This document shows positions 18,956-27,707 of a stretch of 64,000 nt of DNA, piece by piece (position 1 is the first letter of the stretch; each line of letters begins with the position of its first letter). The DNA is taken from contig JAVJNR010000005.1 of assembly GCA_040217195.1 (NCBI GenBank), positions 32,001-96,000 on the forward strand, read 5' to 3'. The position numbers were made by a program, and so were the translations under genes. This DNA is from Leptospiraceae bacterium. GTDB taxonomy: Bacteria > Spirochaetota > Leptospiria > Leptospirales > Leptonemataceae. The notes under the pieces were generated by a model. That model did not search any database. It was not told the DNA's origin and worked only from the letters and a program-made list of their open reading frames with translations.

Positions 18956-20290
18956 ATGGTCGCTAAAATAGGTTTTTTACTATCGGTTTACTCGATCCTG
19001 GCTTTATTACCTCCTTCACTGGAAGCGGAGCCCACACGTCAAAGCCTGGAAACTCGCCGGGAATTTCTGAATACTCATCAAATCATGGGTTTAACGACTC
19101 TGGGACTGTGGCTTGCCACCAACCTGGTGGGTGATGAAGCGAAGGAAAGCCTGTACAGCTCGGCGGATGAGCAGGCCAGGTTTTTGCTTCTGGCCAATCC
19201 AGGATATTCGAACGATCCATTGTATTATCTGGCGATTCAGGAACCCGGTCCTCGGAGTTTTACCGCTGAATATTTTCTGTCCCGTGATCCAACAAACAAT
19301 GCAGCTCTGTACCTGGCTTTGAAATCCCAGGAGGAGTGGAAATCAAGGAAGTCGGCAAACATGCATCGCACTCTGGCCTACGCAACCTTTGCCTCTTATG
19401 CGATTACGGCCGGTCTAGCCTACTTTGCACCGGAAGGAGTAAAAAGCGATGAGCCAGGTATCGATAGCATTTTTTTCCACAAAGCAATGATACCGTTTCA
19501 TCTGGCAGCCATGTTAATGCTGCCAAAGCTAGGCGAAGAAATTGAGCACAGGGGCCCGTCCGCGGCTGAAGATATGGAACATGTGGGATGGGCCGGCTTT
19601 GGGGCCCTGTCCATTGCTTTTTTTACTATTACATTCGAGAAGGACCATGATTGCCGGCCCTTCAGATCAGGAACTTGTAACTCCGTATTTGCGGTAAATT
19701 TAGCCTGCATCCAGGCCAGGAGAAACTCTGTGAAAAAACTATCGACTATCTTAATTCTAGCCCAGGTGCAACTATTTCTGTTCGTGCCCTCCATCCTTTG
19801 GGCGAAACACCCTTTGTCCTCCAGCATCCGATTTGTTGTGGAACATCCGCTTAAGACTGTAGAAGGAAAATGTCAGAGAATTCAAATTTCGGATCTGAAT
19901 TACTCGCTGCAGGATGGATTTCGGCTCCTGGCTCCATTTTCAGTTACAATAGAATACAGGGATTTGAAAACCGGAAATGCTAACCGGGATTCCCATATGA
20001 TGGAAGTGCTTGGATTTCCAGATCATCGCTCCGTGGTTGCAAACATCAGTGAAGCAAAACCATCCGGTACCAATCTGCTAATCTCTGGCAGTTTGACCAT
20101 CAATGGAGTGAGCCAACCATTTCAGACCACTGCCAGATTCCACCGGCAGGGTGCCAAAAAAGACAGTGTGATTATCCAGGGAAATACATGGGTGGTCTTA
20201 TCTCAATTCAAGGTGCCCGAGACATCGCTTCTGGGTATGAGCATTGATGACCGGGTGCAGGTGTTCTATCAATTTTTTCTAGGGCCTTGA
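18956..20290 (+). CDS. His-containing four-helix membrane protein (cytochrome b-like) read in frame into a YceI-like domain
   Basis: Signal peptide from ATG 18956; His in or at four hydrophobic helices; no stop before the YceI module. Confidence 0.6.
   Translation: MVAKIGFLLSVYSILALLPPSLEAEPTRQSLETRREFLNTHQIMGLTTLGLWLATNLVGDEAKESLYSSADEQARFLLLANPGYSNDPLYYLAIQEPGPRSFTAEYFLSRDPTNNAALYLALKSQEEWKSRKSANMHRTLAYATFASYAITAGLAYFAPEGVKSDEPGIDSIFFHKAMIPFHLAAMLMLPKLGEEIEHRGPSAAEDMEHVGWAGFGALSIAFFTITFEKDHDCRPFRSGTCNSVFAVNLACIQARRNSVKKLSTILILAQVQLFLFVPSILWAKHPLSSSIRFVVEHPLKTVEGKCQRIQISDLNYSLQDGFRLLAPFSVTIEYRDLKTGNANRDSHMMEVLGFPDHRSVVANISEAKPSGTNLLISGSLTINGVSQPFQTTARFHRQGAKKDSVIIQGNTWVVLSQFKVPETSLLGMSIDDRVQVFYQFFLGP
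19730..20290 (+). CDS. YceI family lipid/polyisoprenoid-binding protein, with its own internal start
   Basis: AGGAG-7 nt-GTG, signal peptide KKLSTILILAQ...LWA, and motifs EHPLKTVEG, LKTGNANRDSHM, GSLTINGVSQP. Confidence 0.75.
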   Translation: MKKLSTILILAQVQLFLFVPSILWAKHPLSSSIRFVVEHPLKTVEGKCQRIQISDLNYSLQDGFRLLAPFSVTIEYRDLKTGNANRDSHMMEVLGFPDHRSVVANISEAKPSGTNLLISGSLTINGVSQPFQTTARFHRQGAKKDSVIIQGNTWVVLSQFKVPETSLLGMSIDDRVQVFYQFFLGP

Positions 20291-20530
20291 TCAGTCAGGG
20301 AATTCCAGATTCATTGTTTCAATAACAGTGCTCCCACCGGCGGCAATTCAGGCAGGGAGAGTCGATTCCAATGCAACCTGGATGAATTACGGCTTCTGCA
20401 GGATTGAAATTTCCAGGGAATTAATGCCTTCAGAGTAATCTCCGGACTGTACCCCGGAATAAGGAAATTTGCTTTTATTTATTTCTCAAAACTGATTCCA
20501 TGGCAACCGGTGCCCGGGTATTTCTTCTGT

Positions 20531-20561
20531 GCAAAAGCGAATCCATTGCCTTCGCTTTTGC
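20531..20561. terminator. Perfect 11-bp inverted repeat (terminator or operator)
   Basis: GCAAAAGCGAA-9 nt-TTCGCTTTTGC followed by CTTT. Confidence 0.5.
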
Positions 20562-20652
20562 CTTTGATCTGCAAGATTTTCATTTGCCGGGTGTCAGGCT
20601 GACAAGTTCGGCTGTGTGACGAGGCCCAGAAATACAGATTCAAAAGAGGTTC

Positions 20653-21324
20653 ATGTTGATGCAATTCTATAAGAGAAAGTTCCTGACCACTATTGCGGTT
20701 GCAATATCCACCTTGATGCTATCAGCATCCTGCGAACAGCTGGGTCTGACCGAAGATGACGATGATACGGATCTACTGGTATTACTGGGTATAGCATTGA
20801 CTCCAGAGAGCTGCTCCGGGACCTGCAAGATGTTTCTTACTTCCTCTGTCCCTTCAAGAAACATTGGCCTTACCGGCCTGGACAATGTATGCAACTCCGA
20901 CGCAAACAAACCGTCCGGAAATATCGCATTTAAGGCCCTGGTTACACATTCCACAGACCGGATTGCCTGCACCACAGCCAACTGCAGCGGTGGTGTAAGT
21001 GAAAACGTAAACTGGGTACTCAAGCCGAACACTAAATACGTTAGATCTGATGGAACTACTGAGATATTTACGACCAACAGTAGCGGAATCTTTCCATTTG
21101 GGACTGCAAATGATGGTATTGTAGACCCCGCCACCAACGGCATTCCTACCGGGCTCCATATTGACTGGACGAACGATTTAAACTGTTCCGATTGGAGCGG
21201 AGCTGGCAGTTATGAGATCGGGGCTCCCGAGGAGCTTGGTGTAGACATGATATCTCTTGAGAGTCCGACAAGCTGCGGCAGCGATTTAAGTGGTATCCTC
21301 AGGCTTGCCTGCGTAGAACAATAG
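20653..21324 (+). CDS. DUF1554 (Leptospira endostatin-like/Len-type) lipoprotein
   Basis: Lipobox LSASC; CNSDANKP..FKAL..RIAC...NWVLKPNTKYVRSDG..IFTTN..GIF pattern. Confidence 0.85.
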   Translation: MLMQFYKRKFLTTIAVAISTLMLSASCEQLGLTEDDDDTDLLVLLGIALTPESCSGTCKMFLTSSVPSRNIGLTGLDNVCNSDANKPSGNIAFKALVTHSTDRIACTTANCSGGVSENVNWVLKPNTKYVRSDGTTEIFTTNSSGIFPFGTANDGIVDPATNGIPTGLHIDWTNDLNCSDWSGAGSYEIGAPEELGVDMISLESPTSCGSDLSGILRLACVEQ

Positions 21325-21499
21325 TCCCTTTGCCAATTGGCTCTAAAACAGCGCGCATCATCGCGCGCTAACTCCCGGGCCCCGGGCCCGGTGGAATGCT
21401 TCCCCGGCCCTTCCTGAATTATAATATGGGACGACAAAATGAGAGGATCGTGCTACGATATGCACCTTCCAGCGGCGAGGCTTTGCCCGGCAGAGAATC

Positions 21500-22237
21500 A
21501 TGAAGGAAAAAGCAGCTGAATCGTTACAAAATAAGTTCCCTTTTCGGGTATTAAAGACTCAGCGCCGTTCAAAATGGCACAGCCAGTTCTGGATTCGGGC
21601 ATTGCTGGTACCCCTTTGCCTGGTTTATCTGAGTTGTTATTCAATGTATGGAGTCAACAGCCGGGACTGTAGCCTGAACCTGAACTGTGGAGAAAACTGC
21701 CTATCATCACATAGTTCGCTGGTGATGGATAAAGAAGGCACGGTTCAGTTACTTGGATTCAACCTGAGAAAACGTGGTGAATCCGCCTGCGGGCTGGGAC
21801 TGGGCGGTCCCTGCTTCCTACCCCTCATCCCATTTCCAATCCTGGGTAGCTCTGATTCTGAGATTTCTATCACGGCTCTACCGGGTCCCCCGGAGAATCG
21901 GGTAACTTCTGTGGAGCTGATCAATTTGAACCATGCCACTATGGCCTATGACCTTTTTTTTGACGCAGGCTGGGATTATACATTGAAGCCACGTGGCGAA
22001 GGTCAGATTGCTCTGAAGGTTAATGAGAACTACCTTGATTTCTGGCTACCGGCAGATGGCTTAACTATTGAGGCCGTCCATTTCAATTTTGAGAATGGTG
22101 ACCGAATTTCCATGCATGATGTGAATCTTGAAGTAGAAACAAACTATGGATTGATCCTGGTTTTGCATCATAATGTAGCTACAGGTAACCCAAAGCAACG
22201 AATCGGGATTATTAGCGAACCATGCTTGCGACGGTAG
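21500..22237 (+). CDS. Hypothetical Cys-rich lipoprotein
   Basis: Hydrophobic segment ending YLSC; start uncertain. Confidence 0.6.
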   Translation: MKEKAAESLQNKFPFRVLKTQRRSKWHSQFWIRALLVPLCLVYLSCYSMYGVNSRDCSLNLNCGENCLSSHSSLVMDKEGTVQLLGFNLRKRGESACGLGLGGPCFLPLIPFPILGSSDSEISITALPGPPENRVTSVELINLNHATMAYDLFFDAGWDYTLKPRGEGQIALKVNENYLDFWLPADGLTIEAVHFNFENGDRISMHDVNLEVETNYGLILVLHHNVATGNPKQRIGIISEPCLRR

Positions 22238-22376
22238 CAAGTTAGAAGTCTTCAGATAGGTTCTTGCCTGTTCAACGAATGGACAATTGGGCGGCTAACT
22301 GGATCTTCGAAATCCATGGAACTATCAATCAAGTATTGAACCGATCAAGAGCCAGAAGACCTAAAGGTTTATCTAA

Positions 22377-23237
22377 TTACCTGGCCACTTCGTTAATGAG
22401 TTTTCCCAGAAGCGAATCGTGGGTGGTTACAGACTTCTGGTTGGCTTCATACTGACGCTGAACCTCAATCATCTTGGTCATTTCCTGGACAATATTGACA
22501 TTGGAAGATTCCAGATAGCCCTGCATCACCAGTGGCTCCCGATCCGGCTGGAATTCCAGCATGGGTCCGGATTCAGGGGTTACAGAATAGAAGCTGCTGC
22601 CCTCTTTTACCAGGTGTCTGGGAAATTCTACGGTGCGAATCTTAATTCGATCCAGAAGCACCGGGTTTTCCCATTGATTGGATGTTTCGTTTACTGTGGT
22701 ATCCGGATCGTTTCCAATCTTACCGTTAATCCATACCTCGCCGTTTTCCTTAACAGTCCAGTTCCAGCGAGCCACTTGAATGGGACCATTTTCGCCCATC
22801 AGTCGATGACCATCGGAAGTAACCAGATAGCCATTCTTATCCATAATAAAAGAACCGTTTCGAGTTAGTTTTTCTCCACGATCTGTTTGAACCACAAAGA
22901 ATGCAGGAGACTTTTCGCCGCGGTCATCCAGCATAAGATCAAAAGGATTCCCTGTTGATTTTACGGCCCCCTGATCAAATCGCACAAAGTTCTCGTTGAA
23001 CTCCACTCCGGTGCCCAGCTTGCCAACCATGGGAGCCAGATCAAAGCCTCCCATGGGAACCGAGCCCATACCATCTTCTCTGGTTCTTTCCAGCAGCATT
23101 TCAGGGAAGGTCTTAAAAATTGCTTCTTCGGATTTGTAGCCAGTCTGGTCCACATTGGCCAGATTGTTTGCGATCACATCCATCTTTTCCTGGTTCATCA
23201 CCATACCGGTGGTGGCCGTGTAAATACCCCGTAGCAT
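22377..23237 (-). CDS. flgF: Flagellar hook-basal body rod protein (FlgF/FlgG/FlhO family)
   Basis: [25 protein letters not shown] and [10 protein letters not shown]...[13 protein letters not shown]. FlgF versus FlgG is not firmly resolved. Confidence 0.85.
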   Translation of the reverse strand: MLRGIYTATTGMVMNQEKMDVIANNLANVDQTGYKSEEAIFKTFPEMLLERTREDGMGSVPMGGFDLAPMVGKLGTGVEFNENFVRFDQGAVKSTGNPFDLMLDDRGEKSPAFFVVQTDRGEKLTRNGSFIMDKNGYLVTSDGHRLMGENGPIQVARWNWTVKENGEVWINGKIGNDPDTTVNETSNQWENPVLLDRIKIRTVEFPRHLVKEGSSFYSVTPESGPMLEFQPDREPLVMQGYLESSNVNIVQEMTKMIEVQRQYEANQKSVTTHDSLLGKLINEVAR

Positions 23238-23310
23238 GTTAAATGTATCGGCATTTTTCGAGGAAACGAAATGCTTGAATTTCTGGAAAAATAGCCGAAC
23301 TTAAAGCCAG

Positions 23311-24705
23311 GTGCAGATTCAAGGAAACATAGCCTCCACGGATCAGGACTACTTTCTAAGTCTGGGTGCGGGCCCAAACCAGGTACCTCTGATCGAGGCA
23401 GCCATTCGAAAAGGCCTTTCTGTTATTGCCGTAGACAAGAATCCTCTGGCTCCAGGATTTGAAAAAGCGGATCTACAACTTCATGCCAGCATACTCAAAC
23501 CATTCTGGATTTATCGAGCCATTGAAGAGCACTTCCCCCGAGGTCAGATCCGGGCTGCAGGTAGCAGAAGCTACGGCCCGGCTGTATTGAGCGCTGCCTA
23601 TCTTGCACGAAGATTTGGAGTGATTGGATCCAGCCCCCACTCTTTGATCAAGTTTCAGGATAAAAACCGACTGAAAACCTTTCTGGGCTCTCAGGGAATT
23701 TCAGTACCGGAGAGAATTCCCTGGAAACCCGGAAAAGATCCATCGGATGTACTGCGAAAAAGAGGAGTCTGGATTGCCCGGAGCGGCAAGGGATCGGCCA
23801 AGCAGGGAATCGATGTGCTCTCCAGTCATGAAGATAAAAGACTCTATCTAGAGAAGCATGCGAAAAAGAATCCTCAGAATCGATCGCTCTTCATTGAAAA
23901 GTACTACCAGGGCACCGAGTTCATTGTATACGGTTTTGTACTTAACGGAACCTTTCATTCCTTAACACTAACCGAGAAGGTAATCAGCGACTCAGAGCCC
24001 ATGTTTGCCGACCGTCGACATCTGTTTCCTGCACGTACCTCGGAAGAAAATGCAAGACTGATGGTACATACCTGCCAGAAGATTGTAGATCTCTGTAGAT
24101 ACGATAATGGACCTTTCTTTGCTGAATTCTTGATTCCTAAAAGAGGAAAGAATCCTAAACCGCTGCTTATAGAATGCCAGCCCGAGGTGGGCGGAGAATT
24201 TCTGGCGGATTCCCTGGTGCCGGAAATTCTTGAGATTAATTATTTCGATATGCTCATGGATTTGCTTACAGAAGGGCCGCAAAAAGCAGCAGAGCATCTT
24301 GTGCAATCTGGTATTGGCGTGGATCCGGAAAACCTCTCGCATATACTGAATCCCACACGCTCAGCAATCATCTCCTATCTTTTACCCAGCAAAGCCTCCA
24401 TTGAAGATCTTCGCATGCCTGTAAGCATGAAAGAAGACCCTTCCTTTGTATTTCTGGAACCGTTAAAGCCCAGGGGATACAGGATGGACCCTGCCAATGG
24501 AAATGCTGATCGCCCGGCTGCCTTTTTTCTGAGGGATACTATCGAACATCAGCAGGAATTGATTCGCAAAGCAGACCACTTTGAAAGTCAAATCCGGCTG
24601 ATACCCGCTGCCGAAGTCAGTGGCCGTCCCAAAAGAAGCCGAAAAAAAAAATCAGCTAAACGTGCCCTTGCCCTGAGTGTATCTCTTTGGAAACCACTAA
24701 TATAG
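23311..24705 (+). CDS. ATP-grasp domain protein
   Basis: LGAGPNQVPLI..A...G..VIAVDKNP.APG, DKNRLK, FIEKYYQGTEF, GPFFAEF and LIECQPEVGG. Confidence 0.85.
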   Translation: MQIQGNIASTDQDYFLSLGAGPNQVPLIEAAIRKGLSVIAVDKNPLAPGFEKADLQLHASILKPFWIYRAIEEHFPRGQIRAAGSRSYGPAVLSAAYLARRFGVIGSSPHSLIKFQDKNRLKTFLGSQGISVPERIPWKPGKDPSDVLRKRGVWIARSGKGSAKQGIDVLSSHEDKRLYLEKHAKKNPQNRSLFIEKYYQGTEFIVYGFVLNGTFHSLTLTEKVISDSEPMFADRRHLFPARTSEENARLMVHTCQKIVDLCRYDNGPFFAEFLIPKRGKNPKPLLIECQPEVGGEFLADSLVPEILEINYFDMLMDLLTEGPQKAAEHLVQSGIGVDPENLSHILNPTRSAIISYLLPSKASIEDLRMPVSMKEDPSFVFLEPLKPRGYRMDPANGNADRPAAFFLRDTIEHQQELIRKADHFESQIRLIPAAEVSGRPKRSRKKKSAKRALALSVSLWKPLI

Positions 24706-25484
24706 AAGTCTGGAATCAGCATTATCTCAAACCGGAAAGCAAGCAATCCTATCCGGATGAATGTCTTGTACGTTTGATTCGCTCCCTTCCGGGGCCTGAC
24801 AATGCGCTAACTTCAAATCATGAAGCTTCAGATCCAGCATCATCGCAGGAATCTTCACAAGATCCTCAAGCTTCTCAAGCTTCCCTATCAGGTCCGACCT
24901 CCGAAACATCCAATGACTCATATTCCAACTCGGCCGGACCGGTATACTCAAAGGCAAAGTCTGGATATGCTCTGGATTTTGGATGCGGCTCGGGTCGCCA
25001 CATTCCACTTCTGCTGGAATCCGGATATCAGACCACAGGATGCGACTCCTCTATAAATGCGGTAGAGCATTGTAAGAAAACCTACAGTGCAAACTTTGCT
25101 GTATCCAGGGATCATAGCATTCCATCGTCTGGTGCAAAAGATGGATTATACGATGTCATAGTATGCTGGGGCGTCCTGCATTACATGCCTCCGACTCAGG
25201 CCAGGCGATTGTTGGCCGTTCTTTCAGAGTCTCTGAAACCTGGAGGCTATTTGCTGGGCACATTTAGAAAGGACTCGGATACTCACTTCAAATACTCGGC
25301 TGTGTCCGGATCCTCCATACAACTTGCATCGGAAAAGCAGCTTCAAAGTCTGCTTTCCGACCAGTTCTCCATTTATGAATATGGATTCATGGAGCGCACT
25401 GTTCTGGGAAAGCTGAATCAAGTCATAGCCCACTGGTTCTTTCGTGCCAGAAAGTCTGTGGAAGCAACGGACCGAAACATATAG
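24687..25484 (+). CDS. Class I SAM-dependent methyltransferase with a low-complexity insert
   Basis: W..HY..YPDE, ALDFGCGSGRH, DVIVCWGVLHY and LKPGG. Confidence 0.88.
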   Translation: METTNIEVWNQHYLKPESKQSYPDECLVRLIRSLPGPDNALTSNHEASDPASSQESSQDPQASQASLSGPTSETSNDSYSNSAGPVYSKAKSGYALDFGCGSGRHIPLLLESGYQTTGCDSSINAVEHCKKTYSANFAVSRDHSIPSSGAKDGLYDVIVCWGVLHYMPPTQARRLLAVLSESLKPGGYLLGTFRKDSDTHFKYSAVSGSSIQLASEKQLQSLLSDQFSIYEYGFMERTVLGKLNQVIAHWFFRARKSVEATDRNI

Positions 25485-25709
25485 CGAAGATACAGACTGC
25501 TTTGCGAAACTATACGACAAAGACCTGCATGAGAGCGATTTAGTACAGGAAGCTCAGGAAGCTTAGGAGAATAGGAGAATAGGAATTCAAACCCGATTAG
25601 CTCAAGCATCATTTGATGGAAGGAATTCAGAATCGATTCGTTCCCGAACCATTGGATAAAAGATATCCATACCTGCACCAATGCCACTGCCCGAAAATGA
25701 GATACGAAT

Positions 25710-26606
25710 TTGCCCTTGAAAGAGATCAATAAGACTGAATTTACGGAAAGCTGTCCCATTTGCCAGGGCAGGATGCAAACTCTCTATTCCGTTAATCGAT
25801 TTTCACCTGCACTGGAAATCTGGTTCTGTGAATCCTGCGGATTGCAGCAAAATCGTACATTGCCTGCGGATCTTTCCACTCTTTACGATGAAGGATATTA
25901 TACCGGTACTGCCAGCTATACCTACGAAGATGAAAGAAAGCAGGAAGAGGCCAACGATATTGTATGGCAGGCCAGACTGAGAACTATAGCTAGAAGCAAA
26001 CCTGCACCGGCCCGGTTTCTAGATGTAGGTTGTTCCTTTGGAGGCTTTGTGGCAGCCGCAGAACGAGCTGGCTATACAGCCACCGGCCTGGATCTATCTG
26101 CTTTTGCGGTAAAGGAAGGCAAAAAGCGCGGTAGAAATCTGATTCAGGGATTCGTAGAACCACAGACCTTTGCTCCAGAGTCTTTTGATATCGTTTCTCT
26201 TATTGAGGTCATGGAGCATCTGCCAGATCCGAAAGAAGCAGCCCGAACACTGTCTGGCTGGCTGCGTCCCGGTGGTCTGGCTGTAATACAGACTGCCAAT
26301 TTCGATGGCAGACAGGCCCGCCGTCAGGGTTCAAACTATCATTATTATCTGCCCGGCCATCTGTATTACTACTCCGCCAGGAATTTGAAGAATCTTCTCA
26401 GACAGGCAGGCTTTTCCAGGTTCCGGCTATATCGTCCGGTGGATTTTTCCTTGAAAGCGAAGCTGCAAAAGATGCGCAAACAGGCAGAACCAGAGTCAGT
26501 TTCTGCTGGCCGACTGCTCCGTACATCGTTCTATCATATTCAGGGCTGGATATCTATGAAGGATTTTGCACTAACCAGTTCGATGGTGCTATACGCTTTC
26601 AAATAG
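25710..26606 (+). CDS. Class I SAM-dependent methyltransferase with an N-terminal Zn ribbon
   Basis: CPIC...CESC, LDVGCSFGGF, EVMEHLPDP, LRPGG and HLYYYS. Confidence 0.9.
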   Translation: MPLKEINKTEFTESCPICQGRMQTLYSVNRFSPALEIWFCESCGLQQNRTLPADLSTLYDEGYYTGTASYTYEDERKQEEANDIVWQARLRTIARSKPAPARFLDVGCSFGGFVAAAERAGYTATGLDLSAFAVKEGKKRGRNLIQGFVEPQTFAPESFDIVSLIEVMEHLPDPKEAARTLSGWLRPGGLAVIQTANFDGRQARRQGSNYHYYLPGHLYYYSARNLKNLLRQAGFSRFRLYRPVDFSLKAKLQKMRKQAEPESVSAGRLLRTSFYHIQGWISMKDFALTSSMVLYAFK

Positions 26607-26652
26607 ACCTATTGATAGGCCAGCCCGTAAAACTGCCACGATATAGTATTGA

Positions 26653-27525
26653 TCAGGAGGAGCTGCCAAATACCTGGATCTTACGATCAGGATAGCCCAG
26701 GTAGTCCGGTAGTTTCAGACGTTCCTGCCCTTTTCCCAGATACTCTGGCTTCTGACCATCTACCAGGATTCGCACAGCTTTAACATTTGAGAACTGAAAA
26801 AGAGTAAAACAGATCTGGTGGATTCTGTCACGGATGATGCTTGCGCCCATACGATTTATTCCATCGTTCAGGTCCACGGTAATGACTCCTTCCTTCTCCA
26901 CCACGGAATGAATCTTAATACTTCGATCCACGGCTGTAAGCAAACCGGATTCCTGATCTCTGGGACCGGAACGAAGACTGTTCAGCAGATCCATATAGGT
27001 AATCCGGCTGCGGGCCGAACGGCTTACTCGGACAATTTGAGATGTACTACCATTGAACCGCAGGAAATAGAGATGATAGCTCTTTTGCGTGGGAGGTATT
27101 TCCAGCCTTTGATCGGACTGTAACTGTTCTGGACGAATGCTTCCATCCACTGCTGCAGGCCCTGGATCTTCCATCCTGGAATTCAAAATATCATCGATGG
27201 GCCTCTTAACCGGCACCAGGCGCTCATTGATGGCCTCACGGCCCTTCTCCACCCCATCCCGGACACCGTCCTCAGCTTCACCACGGATGGCTTCCTTCAC
27301 ACCTTTCAGCCGTTCTGTGGAGTTTTCCACACCGGACTCAATTCTTTCCTGGATCAGGGCGGCCGGTTGAGTAACGTCTGGAGTGGCAGCGCGCAGGTCT
27401 ATTTGTTCTGATGCCTGACGGTCCAGAAACACCAGAAGCAGCAAAATGCCGCCTAAAATTAAGATGGCCCGATTCTCCGCTTCAATGGGAGATGCGGGCC
27501 CCTGTCCACCTGTGCCCCGGCTCAT
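26653..27525 (-). CDS. GerMN domain membrane-anchored protein
   Basis: N-terminal TM helix; LYFL...VSR, L..GP..E.GL.T, VDL and QI..TL.QF..VKAVRILVDG. Confidence 0.85.
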   Translation of the reverse strand: MSRGTGGQGPASPIEAENRAILILGGILLLLVFLDRQASEQIDLRAATPDVTQPAALIQERIESGVENSTERLKGVKEAIRGEAEDGVRDGVEKGREAINERLVPVKRPIDDILNSRMEDPGPAAVDGSIRPEQLQSDQRLEIPPTQKSYHLYFLRFNGSTSQIVRVSRSARSRITYMDLLNSLRSGPRDQESGLLTAVDRSIKIHSVVEKEGVITVDLNDGINRMGASIIRDRIHQICFTLFQFSNVKAVRILVDGQKPEYLGKGQERLKLPDYLGYPDRKIQVFGSSS

Positions 27526-27582
27526 ATTTGATTATATTTTCGGCCAACCGGGGCCGATAATTCACGCCTTTCGAGAAAGATG

Positions 27583-27678
27583 TTACTTCATCTTTTTCTT
27601 ATGACGATTCATTTTACGCTTTTTCTTTCGCTTATGAGTGCGAATCTTTCTTGCTTTTCTTTTTCGACCCGAAGGCAT
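27583..27678 (-). CDS. Small basic ribosomal protein bS22 (AURKAIP1/COX24/DUF1713 family), 31 aa
   Basis: Manual translation MPSGRKRKARKIRTHKRKKKRKMNRHKKKMK*; AGGAG 7 nt before the ATG; too short for the ORF track. Confidence 0.88.
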   Translation of the reverse strand: MPSGRKRKARKIRTHKRKKKRKMNRHKKKMK

Positions 27679-27707
27679 TCATTCTCTCCTGTGAGTTTTC
27701 CAGGCTG

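Noticed and set aside
20498..20520. GGCAACC-GGTGC resembling SAM-I riboswitch words
   Set aside because: No ATCxAGAG/GAGGGA 5' part and no P3 stem between the words.
21350..21410. GC-rich palindromes after the DUF1554 gene
   Set aside because: Probably ordinary terminator-type hairpins; no repeat family evident in the window.
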